A DNA stretch of 64,000 nucleotides from Deltaproteobacteria bacterium (GCA_021799495.1 JAJZAI010000014.1:8-64007), one strand, 5' to 3'; counted from the stretch's first letter, positions 1 to 9,856 are shown. Notes: generated by a model from the letters alone, not told the origin. Made by a program: numbers and translations.

Positions 1-3000
1 GGCCTCGCGCCGCATTGGAGGGCGCTCGGCCCTGAACGCCTGAATCTTTTGCAGCAGCGCATCCATGTAAGTATAGACGACCGGCGTGATGTAGAGCGTC
101 AGGAATTGCGAAAACAAAAGACCGCCGACCACCGCGATTCCGAGCGGACGGCGCGCGTCGGCGCCCGCGCCCGCGCCGATCGCGATCGGCAGCGTGCCCA
201 TCAACGCCGCCATCGTGGTCATCATGATCGGCCGGAAGCGGATGATGCAGCCTTCGAAGATCGCGTCGGCGGCGCTTTCGCCTTTGGCGCGCTGCGCGTC
301 GAGCGCGAAGTCGATCATCATGATGGCGTTTTTCTTCACCAGTCCGACCAGCATGATGATGCCGACGAAAGCGAGCAGATCGAGTTCCATGTGGAACGCG
401 AGCAGCGTCATCAGCGCGCCGAACCCGGCCGCGGGCAATCCCGAAAGTATCGTGATCGGGTGGATGAAGCTTTCGTAGAGGATGCCGAGGACGAGGTAGA
501 TCACGAGAATCGCCATCGCCAGCAGCATGCCGAGGTTGCCCAAGGAATTTTCAAACGCTTGCGCGGCGCCGGAATAGGCGGCGGTGATCGAGGAGGGCAG
601 GGTGTCCTCGGTGATGCGCTTGACCTCGCCGAGGGCCTTGCCCAGCGAAACTCCGGTCGCGACGTCGAACGAGATCGTGACCGACGGAATTTGCCCGGAA
701 TGATTGATCGAGAGCGGCCCGAGCGTGCGCACCAGCTTCGCGACCGTGTTGAGCGGCACGAGCTGGCCCGTCGATGAACGCACATAGAGCAGATCGAGCG
801 ACGCCGGGTCCGACTGGAAGCGCGGTTCAAGCTCCAGCTCGACCCAGTATTCGTTGTTGGGAGCGTAGATGGTCGAAATCTGGCGCGAGCCGTACGCGTC
901 GGCGAGCGCGTCTTCGATCGCTTGCGCGGTCAGGCCGAAGGCGTGCGCGCGGTCGCGATCGATTTCGACGTTGACCTGCGGGTTGCGGATTTGCAGATCG
1001 CTGCTGACGTCGCGCAAATCCGGAAGCGCGCGCAGCTTGTCTTCCAGAATCGTCGCGTACTTGTAGAGATCGCGCGTGCTCGGGCTTTGCAGCGTGAACT
1101 GGTAGGTGCTCTTGGTGAAACGCGCGCCAATCTGAATCGGCGGCGGATTCTGGATGAAGGTCAACAGGCCGGGAATCTGCGAGAATTCCGCCCGCCACCG
1201 GTTGATTACCTGATCGATCGATTCGCGTCCGGCGCGCTGGCCGCGCGGCAGCAGATGCGCGAACAGGATACCGGAATTGAGCGTGCCGCTTGGACCCGAC
1301 GCGCCGACGCTGGAAAAGAACGTCAGCACATCCGGATCGCGCGCGACCAGATGGTTGAGCGCCTGCTGATGCGCCACCATCGCGTCGTATGAGATACCCT
1401 GCGCGGCCTCAGTGAAAATCAGCACCTGGCTCGCGTCTTCCTCGGGCAGAAAGCCTTTCGGAATCACCTCGAATCCCCACACCGTGCCAGCGATCGTCAG
1501 CGCCAGCAGCGCCATCGTGAGCCGCCGATGGCGCATCGCCCAGCCGAGACTCGCGCGATAGCCGTCCAGCGCCGCCTCGAAGGCGCGCTCGGTGACATTG
1601 TAAAAACTGCCGTGGCGCTCCTCCGCCGGAGGCCGCAGGAAGCGGCTGCACAGCATCGGGGTGAGCGTGAGCGAAACGAAGCCGGAGACGAGAATCGCGA
1701 CGCCGATCGTGACCGCGAATTCATGCAGCAGCCGGCCCAGAATTCCGCCCATGAACAGCACGGGAATGAAGACCGCCGCCAGCGACAGCGTCATCGACAG
1801 GATCGTGAACGCGATTTCGCCGGAACCGTCGAGCGCCGCCTGCATCACGCTTTTGCCCATCTCCAGATGGCGCACGACGTTTTCGAGCATCACGATCGCG
1901 TCATCGACGACGAATCCCACCGACAGGGTGATCGCGAGCAGCGAGAGATTGTCGAGGCTGTAGCCAAGCATCGCCATCACGCCGAACGTCGCCACGATCG
2001 ACATCGGCAGCGCGAGGCTCGGAATAATCGTCGCCGAGAGATTGCGCAGAAACAGGAAGATGACCATCACCACCAGGAAGACGGTCAGGAGCAGGGTGAA
2101 CTGAACGTCGTTGACCGATTCGCGGATGCTTACCGAGCGGTCGTAGAGGATGGTCAGATTGATCGCGGCGGGCAGTTCCGCGCGGAACGACGGCAGAATC
2201 TTGCGGATATTGTTGACGACGTCGACCGTGTTGGTGCCGGGCTGGCGCTCGATCGCGAGCACCACGGCGCGCTGTCCGCGCACCCATCCGGCGACCTTGT
2301 CGTCCTGCACGCTGTCGAGCGCGCGGCCGAGATCTTCGAGCCGCACGGGCGCGCCGTCGCGGTAGGCGACGATCAGCGGCCGGTACGCCGCCGCGTCGGT
2401 CAGTTGGCCGTTGGCCTGAACCGTGAACGCCTGATTCGCGCCGTATAGCGTGCCGGTCGGCAAATCGACGTTGGCGTTGGCGATCGCGTTGGCGACCTCG
2501 TTGATGCCGATGCCGCGGGCGGCGAGTTTCTCGGGATTGAGCTGCACGCGCACGGCGTATTTCTCCGCGCCGTAAACCTCCACCTGCGCGACGCCGCTGA
2601 TCATCGAGATTCGTTCGGCGAGATAGGTTTCGGCGTATTCATCGACTTCGGAGAGCGGCAGCGCCGATGAACTCATCCCGATATAGAGAATCGCCTTGTC
2701 CGCCGGATTGACCTTCTGATACGAGGGCGGCGACGGCATCCCCTGCGGCAGTTCCGATTGCGCCGCGGCGATCTTCGATTGCACATCCTGCGCGGCCGCG
2801 TCGATATTGCGCGAAAGATCGAACTGCAGGGTGATGTTGGTCTGGCCCTGGGTGTTGGCCGAGGTCATCTCGGCCAGCCCGGCGATCGTCGAAAATTCCC
2901 GCTCTAGCGGCGTCGCCACCGACGACGCCATCGTTTCCGGACTGGCGCCCGGCAGCGAGGCGCTGACCAGAATCGTCGGATAATCGACGTTGGGCAGATC

Positions 3001-3105
3001 GCTGACCGGCAGCGTGCGATAGGCGGCAAGGCCGAAGATGACGATCGCCAGCGACACCAGCGTGGTCATCACGGGACGCCGGATGAAAAGCTCGGCGATA
3101 TTCAT
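1..3105 (-). CDS. RND (AcrB/MexB-type, HAE1) efflux permease; extreme C-terminus lies outside the window
   Basis: The minus-strand frame opens at ATG 3105-3103 (MNIAELFIRRPVMTT..., the canonical AcrB-type N-terminus). I found no in-frame stop near nt 1, so it is missing from the closed-ORF track. An internal stretch (~2040-2110, DVQFTLLLTVFLVVMVIFLFLRN) looks like the RND TM4 region. An ATGA start/stop overlap links it to the MFP gene. About 1035 codons are present. Confidence 0.85.
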   Translation of the reverse strand, partial: MNIAELFIRRPVMTTLVSLAIVIFGLAAYRTLPVSDLPNVDYPTILVSASLPGASPETMASSVATPLEREFSTIAGLAEMTSANTQGQTNITLQFDLSRNIDAAAQDVQSKIAAAQSELPQGMPSPPSYQKVNPADKAILYIGMSSSALPLSEVDEYAETYLAERISMISGVAQVEVYGAEKYAVRVQLNPEKLAARGIGINEVANAIANANVDLPTGTLYGANQAFTVQANGQLTDAAAYRPLIVAYRDGAPVRLEDLGRALDSVQDDKVAGWVRGQRAVVLAIERQPGTNTVDVVNNIRKILPSFRAELPAAINLTILYDRSVSIRESVNDVQFTLLLTVFLVVMVIFLFLRNLSATIIPSLALPMSIVATFGVMAMLGYSLDNLSLLAITLSVGFVVDDAIVMLENVVRHLEMGKSVMQAALDGSGEIAFTILSMTLSLAAVFIPVLFMGGILGRLLHEFAVTIGVAILVSGFVSLTLTPMLCSRFLRPPAEERHGSFYNVTERAFEAALDGYRASLGWAMRHRRLTMALLALTIAGTVWGFEVIPKGFLPEEDASQVLIFTEAAQGISYDAMVAHQQALNHLVARDPDVLTFFSSVGASGPSGTLNSGILFAHLLPRGQRAGRESIDQVINRWRAEFSQIPGLLTFIQNPPPIQIGARFTKSTYQFTLQSPSTRDLYKYATILEDKLRALPDLRDVSSDLQIRNPQVNVEIDRDRAHAFGLTAQAIEDALADAYGSRQISTIYAPNNEYWVELELEPRFQSDPASLDLLYVRSSTGQLVPLNTVAKLVRTLGPLSINHSGQIPSVTISFDVATGVSLGKALGEVKRITEDTLPSSITAAYSGAAQAFENSLGNLGMLLAMAILVIYLVLGILYESFIHPITILSGLPAAGFGALMTLLAFHMELDLLAFVGIIMLVGLVKKNAIMMIDFALDAQRAKGESAADAIFEGCIIRFRPIMMTTMAALMGTLPIAIGAGAGADARRPLGIAVVGGLLFSQFLTLYITPVVYTYMDALLQKIQAFRAERPPMRREA

Positions 3106-4316
3106 TGCGCCTTGCCGCTTGCGTCCAGCGACTGCTTGATTCTGACTTTCCCTCCGGGCATCAGCCGAATCTGGCCGTCGGTCACGACCGTTTCGCCGCC
3201 CTCGAGTCCGTGTTCTATCACGGTGTCGCCGCCAATCTGAGGGCCGGCCGCGACCGGCCGCGGCGACGCCTTCAGGTCCGGGCCGACCACATAGACGAAA
3301 ACGCCGTGCTGTCCCGTCTGCAGGGCGGCCGTCGGCGCCAGCACGGCGTCGTTCAATTCGCGCAGCACCAGCGTCGCGTTGACGAATTCGCCTGGCCACA
3401 AGCCGCGATTTTCATTCTGAAACAGGCCCTTCAGCGCGATCGTGCCGGTGGTTTTGTCAACCGAATTATCGATGAACGCGAGCACTCCGCGTTCCGGCGC
3501 GGCGTGGGAGCCGGGGATTTCAGCGTCCACTGCCAGTTGCCGCATCTCCATCGCCGCCCGCACTTCCGCGAGATCGCTCTCCGGAATCGAAAAATCCACG
3601 TAGATCGGCTGCACCTGATCGATCGTGACCATTGCCGTGTCGGCGTCCGCCTTGATCAGGTCGCCGACGTGATTTTGCAGGCTGCCGGTGCGTCCGTCGA
3701 TCGGCGAACGGATATCGGTGTAATCGAGATTGAGCCGCGCACTTTCGACCGCCGCTTCGTCGGCGGCGACCGCGGCCGCCAGACTCGCCGAGGTGGCGTA
3801 GGCCTGATCGAACTGCTGGCGCGAGCCGACTTCTTCCTGCAACAGAAACCTGTAGCGCTCCTCGTCGGCGTGAGCCTGCGTCGCCTTGGCGCGATCGGCG
3901 GCAAGGTTCGCCTCAGCCTGATTGAGCGCCGCCTGATAAGGGCGCGGATCGATCGTGAAGAGCGGCTGCCCCTTGCCGACGTAATCGCCCTCGCTGAAAT
4001 GAATCGCGACGAGGTTGCCTTCGACGCGGGCTTTGACGGCGATCGAAGCGTAAGCCTCGACCGTTCCGATCTCCTTGATCACGAACGGCACCGTTCGGCG
4101 CACGGTTCTGGCGACCAGCACGGGCGCCGGCGGTATCCCGGCGGGACCCTGAGCGCCGCTCCCGCCGCATCCCGCGAGCGCGATCACGAGCGCCAGGAAG
4201 GCGAGAAGCGTCGCGCGCCGCGCCGCGCCATCGAGCGGCGCAAGCTGATGCTCGGCCAACGGGCCGATGGCGCGCGATTTCGGCGCGATTAAAGCGATTC
4301 GTCTAATTAGTCCCAA
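3102..4316 (-). CDS. RND efflux membrane fusion protein (AcrA/HlyD_D23 family periplasmic adaptor), lipoprotein
   Basis: 404-aa ORF with a lipobox-like LAGCGG after a hydrophobic segment. Adaptor motifs are present (FTIDPRPYQAALNQAEANL coiled-coil hairpin, YTDIRSPIDGRTG). It is translationally coupled to the permease. The TTG start at 4316 is uncertain. Confidence 0.9.
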   Translation of the reverse strand: MGLIRRIALIAPKSRAIGPLAEHQLAPLDGAARRATLLAFLALVIALAGCGGSGAQGPAGIPPAPVLVARTVRRTVPFVIKEIGTVEAYASIAVKARVEGNLVAIHFSEGDYVGKGQPLFTIDPRPYQAALNQAEANLAADRAKATQAHADEERYRFLLQEEVGSRQQFDQAYATSASLAAAVAADEAAVESARLNLDYTDIRSPIDGRTGSLQNHVGDLIKADADTAMVTIDQVQPIYVDFSIPESDLAEVRAAMEMRQLAVDAEIPGSHAAPERGVLAFIDNSVDKTTGTIALKGLFQNENRGLWPGEFVNATLVLRELNDAVLAPTAALQTGQHGVFVYVVGPDLKASPRPVAAGPQIGGDTVIEHGLEGGETVVTDGQIRLMPGGKVRIKQSLDASGKAQ

Positions 4317-4589
4317 AGCTCGTCACGCCAAACTATTTTCCCGACGCGCGCCGTTTTTCGCCAGCGTATCGAGGATTATCATAAACTAATATGGCATCTC
4401 TCTAATCGTTTCCGATACGGGCGTGCGCCCGCTCCGGATTGGTCGTAACGATAGCACGCTCCCGGACAACGGTTGTCAGGAGCGCGCGCGCTTCGGCTGG
4501 CGAGTATCGTGCGAATATTCGGCCTGAAACTTCTGCGTCATCGCGATATCCTGAGACGCGATCTGACGGCGGTAGGAGGGATCGAGCCG

Positions 4590-5807
4590 ATGGGCGAGAC
4601 GTTATCGATTACGGCGGCCGACGGCCACAATTTCAAAGGTTATCTGGCGGTTCCGGAGGATTCGCGCGGCCCGGGCGTGCTGATTCTACAGGAAATTTTT
4701 GGCGTAAATCGCCATATTCGCGCGGTCTGCGATCGGTTCGCGGAAGAGGGCTATTTCGCGTTGGCGCCGGACCAGTTCGCGCGTCTCGAAGCGGGCGTGG
4801 AGCTTGACTACGACGACGCCGGCCGCAACCGCGGAATCGAGCTTGCCCGCCGGCTCAATCTCGATTCGGCGCTCGTGGATATTCGCGCCGCGCTCGCCGC
4901 GGTGCGTGCGCTTCCGGGCGCCAGCGGCAAGGCGGGAGTTGTCGGTTTCTGCTTTGGCGGGCGGCTCGCATATCTGACCGCGGCGCGAACCGATGTCGAG
5001 GCCGCGGTTTGCTATTACGGCGGCGGAATCGAGAATCACGCCGCGGAGGCGCAGGCGATCCGATGCCCGATCATGATGCATTGGGGCGCGGAGGACGCCG
5101 CGATTACCACCGCCGCGCGCGCGGCGGTGCGGGCGGCTCTGGCCGGTCATGACCGCGCCGAATTCTACGTCTATGCGGAGGCCGGCCACGGCTTCAATTG
5201 CGATCAACGGCCGAGCTATCACCGCTTCTACGCGAGCCTCGCCCATTCGCGCACGCTCGGCCTGCTGCATCAAACGATCGGGCCGCGTTACGACCTGAGC
5301 GCGCTATGGGAGCGTCATACCGCCTGCGAATTCGCCGATCGCGACGCCGACGCGACGATGCGCACGATGGTCGCGGAGCCGTACGTGAATCATGTGCCGA
5401 CATTGACCGGCGGCGTCGGCTTCAACGACCTGCGCCGTTTCTACCGGGATTTTTTTATTCCGGGCGTGCCTGCGGATACCCGGATCGTGCCGATCAGCCG
5501 CACGATTGGCCCCAACCGCCTGATCGACGAATTCCTGCTCTGCTTCACCCATGACCGCGAGGTTCCGTTTATGGCGCCGGGCGTGGCCCCGACCGGCCGC
5601 TACGCCGAGGTGCCGCACGTCGCGGTCGTCGAGTTCCGCGGCGGCAAAGTCGCCCACGAGCATATCCATTGGGACCACGCCAGCTTTTTGAAGCAGATCG
5701 GCGTGCTCGACGCGAAGGGGCTGCCGATCGCGGGCGCCGAAGGCGCGCAAAAACTTATCGACGAAAAGTTGCCGACCAACGAATGGATATCGCGATGGAA
5801 GCGGTAG
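4590..5807 (+). CDS. Dienelactone hydrolase (carboxymethylenebutenolidase-like) domain fused to a C-terminal NTF2/SnoaL-like domain
   Basis: Part of ORF 4473..5807. ATG 4590 follows AGGAGG (4574-4579). The N-terminal half has the DLH pattern (GPGVLILQEIFGVNRHIR..., GVVGFCFGGRLA nucleophile elbow, AGHGF). The C-terminal ~170 aa (YDLSALWERHTACEF...HEHIHWDHASFLKQIGVL) looks like an NTF2-fold/SnoaL-type domain. Confidence 0.8.
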   Translation: MGETLSITAADGHNFKGYLAVPEDSRGPGVLILQEIFGVNRHIRAVCDRFAEEGYFALAPDQFARLEAGVELDYDDAGRNRGIELARRLNLDSALVDIRAALAAVRALPGASGKAGVVGFCFGGRLAYLTAARTDVEAAVCYYGGGIENHAAEAQAIRCPIMMHWGAEDAAITTAARAAVRAALAGHDRAEFYVYAEAGHGFNCDQRPSYHRFYASLAHSRTLGLLHQTIGPRYDLSALWERHTACEFADRDADATMRTMVAEPYVNHVPTLTGGVGFNDLRRFYRDFFIPGVPADTRIVPISRTIGPNRLIDEFLLCFTHDREVPFMAPGVAPTGRYAEVPHVAVVEFRGGKVAHEHIHWDHASFLKQIGVLDAKGLPIAGAEGAQKLIDEKLPTNEWISRWKR

Positions 5808-6137
5808 GGTGGCGCGAGTTCCCGTTGGCGTCGCGACAGCGACGAGGAATCGGGCGCCGATTTTTGGCGCTCGTGGCGGCCAATCCGCGTCGCGGCGAGT
5901 ATCGACGCTGGCTGGCCGGCGCGACTATCGCGAGCGGCGTATTTTCAAGAATGTAACGTCACGCGACATTGCCTCGCGAACGGATCGCAAACCCGTCCCG
6001 CGATGCGTCATCTGAGCTAAGCAAGGCTGCCAAATCGATACGGTCGAGCGGATCAAACGAACCGCGTCCGATCGGCGTGACGTATCGGATCAGCCGCATC
6101 CCGCCATCCCGATCGCACCGGCGAGCGACAATCAAGC

Positions 6138-6153
6138 TGGTATTGGCTTTGCA
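6138..6153 (+). promoter_or_regulatory. Candidate sigma-54 (-24/-12) promoter
   Basis: TGGTATTGGCTTTGCA has GG at 6139-6140 and GC at 6151-6152, the canonical 12-nt register of TGGCAC-N5-TTGCW. It lies 72 nt upstream of the TTG start at 6225. Confidence 0.5.
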
Positions 6154-6224
6154 ATCCGTTGTGATGCGGCCGGCGCAAAGCCGATCGAAGGTGAATCCCC
6201 GGACTCAGGAAGGAAGATTGAGCA

Positions 6225-7418
6225 TTGCATCAGTTGGCGCAGGTCGAGTTGGCGAAAGGCGCCCCCGCCGAACTGACTAAGCTGCTGCTCGCGGTCGGCG
6301 TCGTGCCGTACGGTCCCGGCGCGGCCGGCGCGGCGGCTAAATTCGACGGCTCATCCGCGCCGCCCGCGCTGCGCGTCGAATTCGTTCACTCCCGCGATTC
6401 GGTCCGCGCGCGGCGTGAATTCCCGGTCACGATCGCCGACCATCGCGGCGGCGCGGCTGAGGCGACAATTGTCGCCGGCGATTTGCGCGCCGTCGCCTGC
6501 CATATCCTGTCGCGCGCGCTGCGCCTGCCGTTCGCGTTCATCACGACCGACGCCGCCACCTTTGCAACGATCTCCACGGCGACGTCCGCCGCGCGCGGCC
6601 GGCGCGGCGTGATCGTCGAAGGCGAAACCGGAACCGGGAAAAAATCGCTGATTCGATTGATCCACTGCGCGAGCGGCGCGGCCGGGCCGATGCGCGAAAT
6701 CGATTGCGCCGCTTTTGACGACGTTTCGATCGCCGGCGAGATCGCCGCGGCCGTCAACGCCTCCTTGCCGCGACCGGACGCGATTTTCCTCGATCAAATT
6801 GACGAACTTTCCGCATCGGCGCAAGCGCGCCTGCTCGCGGCCTTTGACGATTATGGATTGGTTGGCCCGGCCGGCGCTGTGCCGATCCGGTTGTTCGCGG
6901 CGGCTTCGCGCCCGTTGGACGAAGCGGTGAAGCGGGACGAATTTTCGCGCGGGCTGTGGGAGTCATTCGACGTCGCGTTGAGGTTGCCGCCGCTGCGCGA
7001 TCGTCCCGCCGATCTGTCGCCGCTGGCGCGCGAGTTCCTGCGCCGGATCGACGCGCGCGCGATGTTTGCGCCGGCCGCGCTCAAGGCGCTCGCCGATTAT
7101 CGTTTTCCGGGCAACGTCCGCGAACTGCACAACCTCGTCACGCGATTGGCGATCGCTCGATCGCGGGCGAGCGACAAGGCGATTGGACGCGACGAAACGG
7201 TCGAGCAGCTCGCGGCGGTCGCCGTTCCCGGCGGCGCGCTCTCACTCTGGCGTCTGGCGCGCTTGACCGATCGCCGGGCGCTGGCATTAGACGTGCTCGC
7301 CGCCAGCGGCGGCGATTCCGGCGCCACCGCGCGCAGTCTCGGCCTGACCGACGCCGCGTTGCTCCGTTTGACCAAGCCAGCCCATCCGCGCCTTTCGCCC
7401 GCGCGCACCGCCGGCTAG
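6225..7418 (+). CDS. Sigma-54-interaction-domain (AAA+) transcriptional regulator, degenerate: no GAFTGA loop, Walker B DE->DQ, Fis-type HTH retained
   Basis: 397-aa ORF. It has Walker A GETGTGKK, Walker B AIFLDQIDEL, and a PPLRDRPADL / FPGNVRELHN signature typical of PF00158. The C-terminal HTH is GATARSLGLTDAALLRLTK. The segment between DCAA and FLDQ is 22 aa, against 35 aa in the canonical paralog at 26907-28304. The TTG start is uncertain. Confidence 0.8.
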   Translation: MHQLAQVELAKGAPAELTKLLLAVGVVPYGPGAAGAAAKFDGSSAPPALRVEFVHSRDSVRARREFPVTIADHRGGAAEATIVAGDLRAVACHILSRALRLPFAFITTDAATFATISTATSAARGRRGVIVEGETGTGKKSLIRLIHCASGAAGPMREIDCAAFDDVSIAGEIAAAVNASLPRPDAIFLDQIDELSASAQARLLAAFDDYGLVGPAGAVPIRLFAAASRPLDEAVKRDEFSRGLWESFDVALRLPPLRDRPADLSPLAREFLRRIDARAMFAPAALKALADYRFPGNVRELHNLVTRLAIARSRASDKAIGRDETVEQLAAVAVPGGALSLWRLARLTDRRALALDVLAASGGDSGATARSLGLTDAALLRLTKPAHPRLSPARTAG

Positions 7419-7523
7419 TTTCGCGAAACCGCCGCGGCGGGCGATCCGCCGCTCGACAATCCGCGCGCGAAAACGCTAAGCCTGTGTACGGCATCCGGCA
7501 CGGACGCGAAGGAGCATCCAACG

Positions 7524-8525
7524 ATGGCGCGCAAGATCACGATCGGCGTCAACTGGCAGGGCAAAATCGATTACAAGGCGCTGATCGAACGCGCTCGGAT
7601 CGCGGATCAAGCCGGCGTCCACTCGATCTGGGTCGCCGAAGCTTGGGGCCGCGACGCCTTCACGCTGCTTACGCTGCTGGCGGAACATACCAGGCGGGTC
7701 CAACTCGCCACCTCGATCGTGAACATATATTCGCGCACTCCCGCCGCTCTGGCGCAGCATTTCGCGACGCTCGACGAATTGAGCGAGGGCCGCATGATCG
7801 CCGGCTTCGGCACCAGCGGCCCCAACGTGATCGAGCATTTCCACGGTGTTCCGTTCAGGCCGGCGCTTACCCGGATGCGCGAGTGCGTCGAGATATTCAA
7901 CCTGCTGCTGGCCGGCGCGCCGCTCAATTACGAGGGCAAAATCTTCCGGCTTTCGCGCGGCTTCACGCTCCGTTTCGAGCCGGTGCGCAAGCATATTCCC
8001 GTGTTTATCGCGTCGCTGAACCGCAAGAGCGTCAAATTCACCGCGCGCGCCGCCGACGGCTGGATGCCGGTGATGATTCCGCTGCGCGCGCTCAAATCCT
8101 CGATCGACGATTTTCGCGGACTGGCGTGCGCCGCCGGCCGCGACGAGCGCGCGGTCGCGGTCAAAGCGCCCGGATGGGTCCACGTCACCGCGGACGTCGA
8201 ACGCGGCCGCGCCACGCACGCCGGCACGCTCGCTTTCTATGCGGCCCGGATGGGCGCTTTCTACGCCGAACAACTGACGCGCTTCGGCTTCGGCGCGGAA
8301 GTCGCCGCGATCAAGGAGGCGTGGGCCTCCGGCGGGGCCAAAGCCGGAACCGACGCGGTCGCGCCGCATCTGCTCAATGAAATCGGCTACGTCGGCGATT
8401 TGAACGGCGCGGTCGAACGGCTCAAGGCGCAGGAGGCGGCCGGTGCCGATCTGCATCCGGTGGAAGTTGACGCCGGCGGCGATCCGGGCAAATTCGCGCG
8501 CACGCTGGAAGCCCTGGTCGGCTAG
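7524..8525 (+). CDS. Luciferase-like monooxygenase (LLM) class, probably F420-dependent oxidoreductase
   Basis: 333-aa ORF with the LLM pattern (ADQAGVHSIWVAEAWGRDAFTLL..., LDELSEGRMIAGFGTSG, ADGWMP). AGGAG lies upstream of the ATG. Confidence 0.85.
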   Translation: MARKITIGVNWQGKIDYKALIERARIADQAGVHSIWVAEAWGRDAFTLLTLLAEHTRRVQLATSIVNIYSRTPAALAQHFATLDELSEGRMIAGFGTSGPNVIEHFHGVPFRPALTRMRECVEIFNLLLAGAPLNYEGKIFRLSRGFTLRFEPVRKHIPVFIASLNRKSVKFTARAADGWMPVMIPLRALKSSIDDFRGLACAAGRDERAVAVKAPGWVHVTADVERGRATHAGTLAFYAARMGAFYAEQLTRFGFGAEVAAIKEAWASGGAKAGTDAVAPHLLNEIGYVGDLNGAVERLKAQEAAGADLHPVEVDAGGDPGKFARTLEALVG

Positions 8526-8779
8526 GGAAGCTCCACACAACTCAGATTGTTATTCTTCGCTGCGTTCAGAATGGCGGGATGGACCTTTTGCGGAATTTCC
8601 CTGGCGATTTTCGCGCTCCGGTCGGCGGCGGAGCCGCGGCGGTGCGGCGTTTTCAGCCCGGCGATTGCCGAAGGCGCCACGGCGGCGCTATATGAAGGTC
8701 AGGATGGCAAGCGGCCCTGGGGGGCTCGATCGAGCCGGCGCCGCGCTATCGGACAAACGCTAAAGAGGAGATTCAGTTC

Positions 8780-9832
8780 ATGAAAGCAGCAGTGATGGAG
8801 GCGGTGCGCAAACCGCTGGTCGTCAAGAACGTTCCCGATCCGAGCTGTCCGGCCAACGGCGTTATCGTGCGCACCGCGGCCGAAGGCGTGTGCCGCTCCG
8901 ATTGGCACGCATGGTCGGGCGACTGGACCTGGATTGGCCTGGTGCCGCCGATGCCGCTCGTGATGGGCCACGAATTCTGCGGTGTGGTCGAGGAAGCCGG
9001 CAAAGAGACCCGCAATTTCAAAAAGGGCGATCGCGTGCTCGTGCCCTTCAGCCAGGGCGACGGCATTTGCGAATATTGCCGCAGCGGCCAATCCCACGTC
9101 TGCGCCAATCCCTCCCTGCCGGGGTTTTCCTACTGGGGCGGCTATGGCAGCTACGTCGGAATTCCCAACGCCGACGCCAACCTCGTGCCGATGCCCGAGG
9201 GGGTCGGATTTGAAGAGGGCGCGTCGCTCGGCTGCCGCTTCATGACCTCGTACCACGGCGTGGTCGATCGCGCCCAGGTGAAGCCCGGCGAGTGGGTCGC
9301 CGTGCACGGATGCGGCGGAATCGGGCTTTCGGCGGTCCATATCGCGGCCGCGATCGGCGCCAACGTGATCGCGGTCGATCTCGACGACGCCAAGCTCGAA
9401 CTGGCCAAAAAGGTCGGCGCGCAACACGTCGTGAACGGCAAGAAGACCGACGCGGTGATGGCCATCTTCGACATTACCAAGGGCGGCGCGCACGTCGGCG
9501 TGGACGCGCTGGGCGTGAAGGCGACCTGCCTCAACTCGATCAACTGTCTGCGCAAGCAGGGCCGCTCGCTCCAGATCGGCCTTACCACGGCGGCCGAAAA
9601 AGGCGAAGTCGCGCTGCCGATCGACCGGATGGTCACGATGGAGCTGGCGCTGGTCGCGTCGCTCGGGATGCCGGCGTCGCGCTATCCTTCGATGATGCAG
9701 ATGGTCGAGGCGGGCAAGCTCAATCCGAAGTCGATGATCACCGAAACGATCGGCCTCGACGGAGCGTCGCGCGTGCTTGAGCAGATGACGAATTTCCAGA
9801 ACGTCGGCGTGTCGATCATCAATAAATTCTGA
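8780..9832 (+). CDS. Zinc-dependent alcohol dehydrogenase (MDR superfamily)
   Basis: 350-aa ORF with EGVCRSDWH and GHEFCGVVEEAG zinc-ligand motifs, and a Rossmann VAVHGCGGIGLSAV motif. AGAGGAG RBS upstream. Confidence 0.92.
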   Translation: MKAAVMEAVRKPLVVKNVPDPSCPANGVIVRTAAEGVCRSDWHAWSGDWTWIGLVPPMPLVMGHEFCGVVEEAGKETRNFKKGDRVLVPFSQGDGICEYCRSGQSHVCANPSLPGFSYWGGYGSYVGIPNADANLVPMPEGVGFEEGASLGCRFMTSYHGVVDRAQVKPGEWVAVHGCGGIGLSAVHIAAAIGANVIAVDLDDAKLELAKKVGAQHVVNGKKTDAVMAIFDITKGGAHVGVDALGVKATCLNSINCLRKQGRSLQIGLTTAAEKGEVALPIDRMVTMELALVASLGMPASRYPSMMQMVEAGKLNPKSMITETIGLDGASRVLEQMTNFQNVGVSIINKF

Positions 9833-9856
9833 TCGCCGCCAAAGGTTTGTTTGCGA

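Noticed and set aside
8570-8610. GGGATGGACCTTTTGCG upstream of the ADH gene, considered as a sigma-54 promoter.
   Set aside because: The GG-to-GC spacing is off by one nt from the obligatory register, unlike the two candidates at 6138 and 24541.
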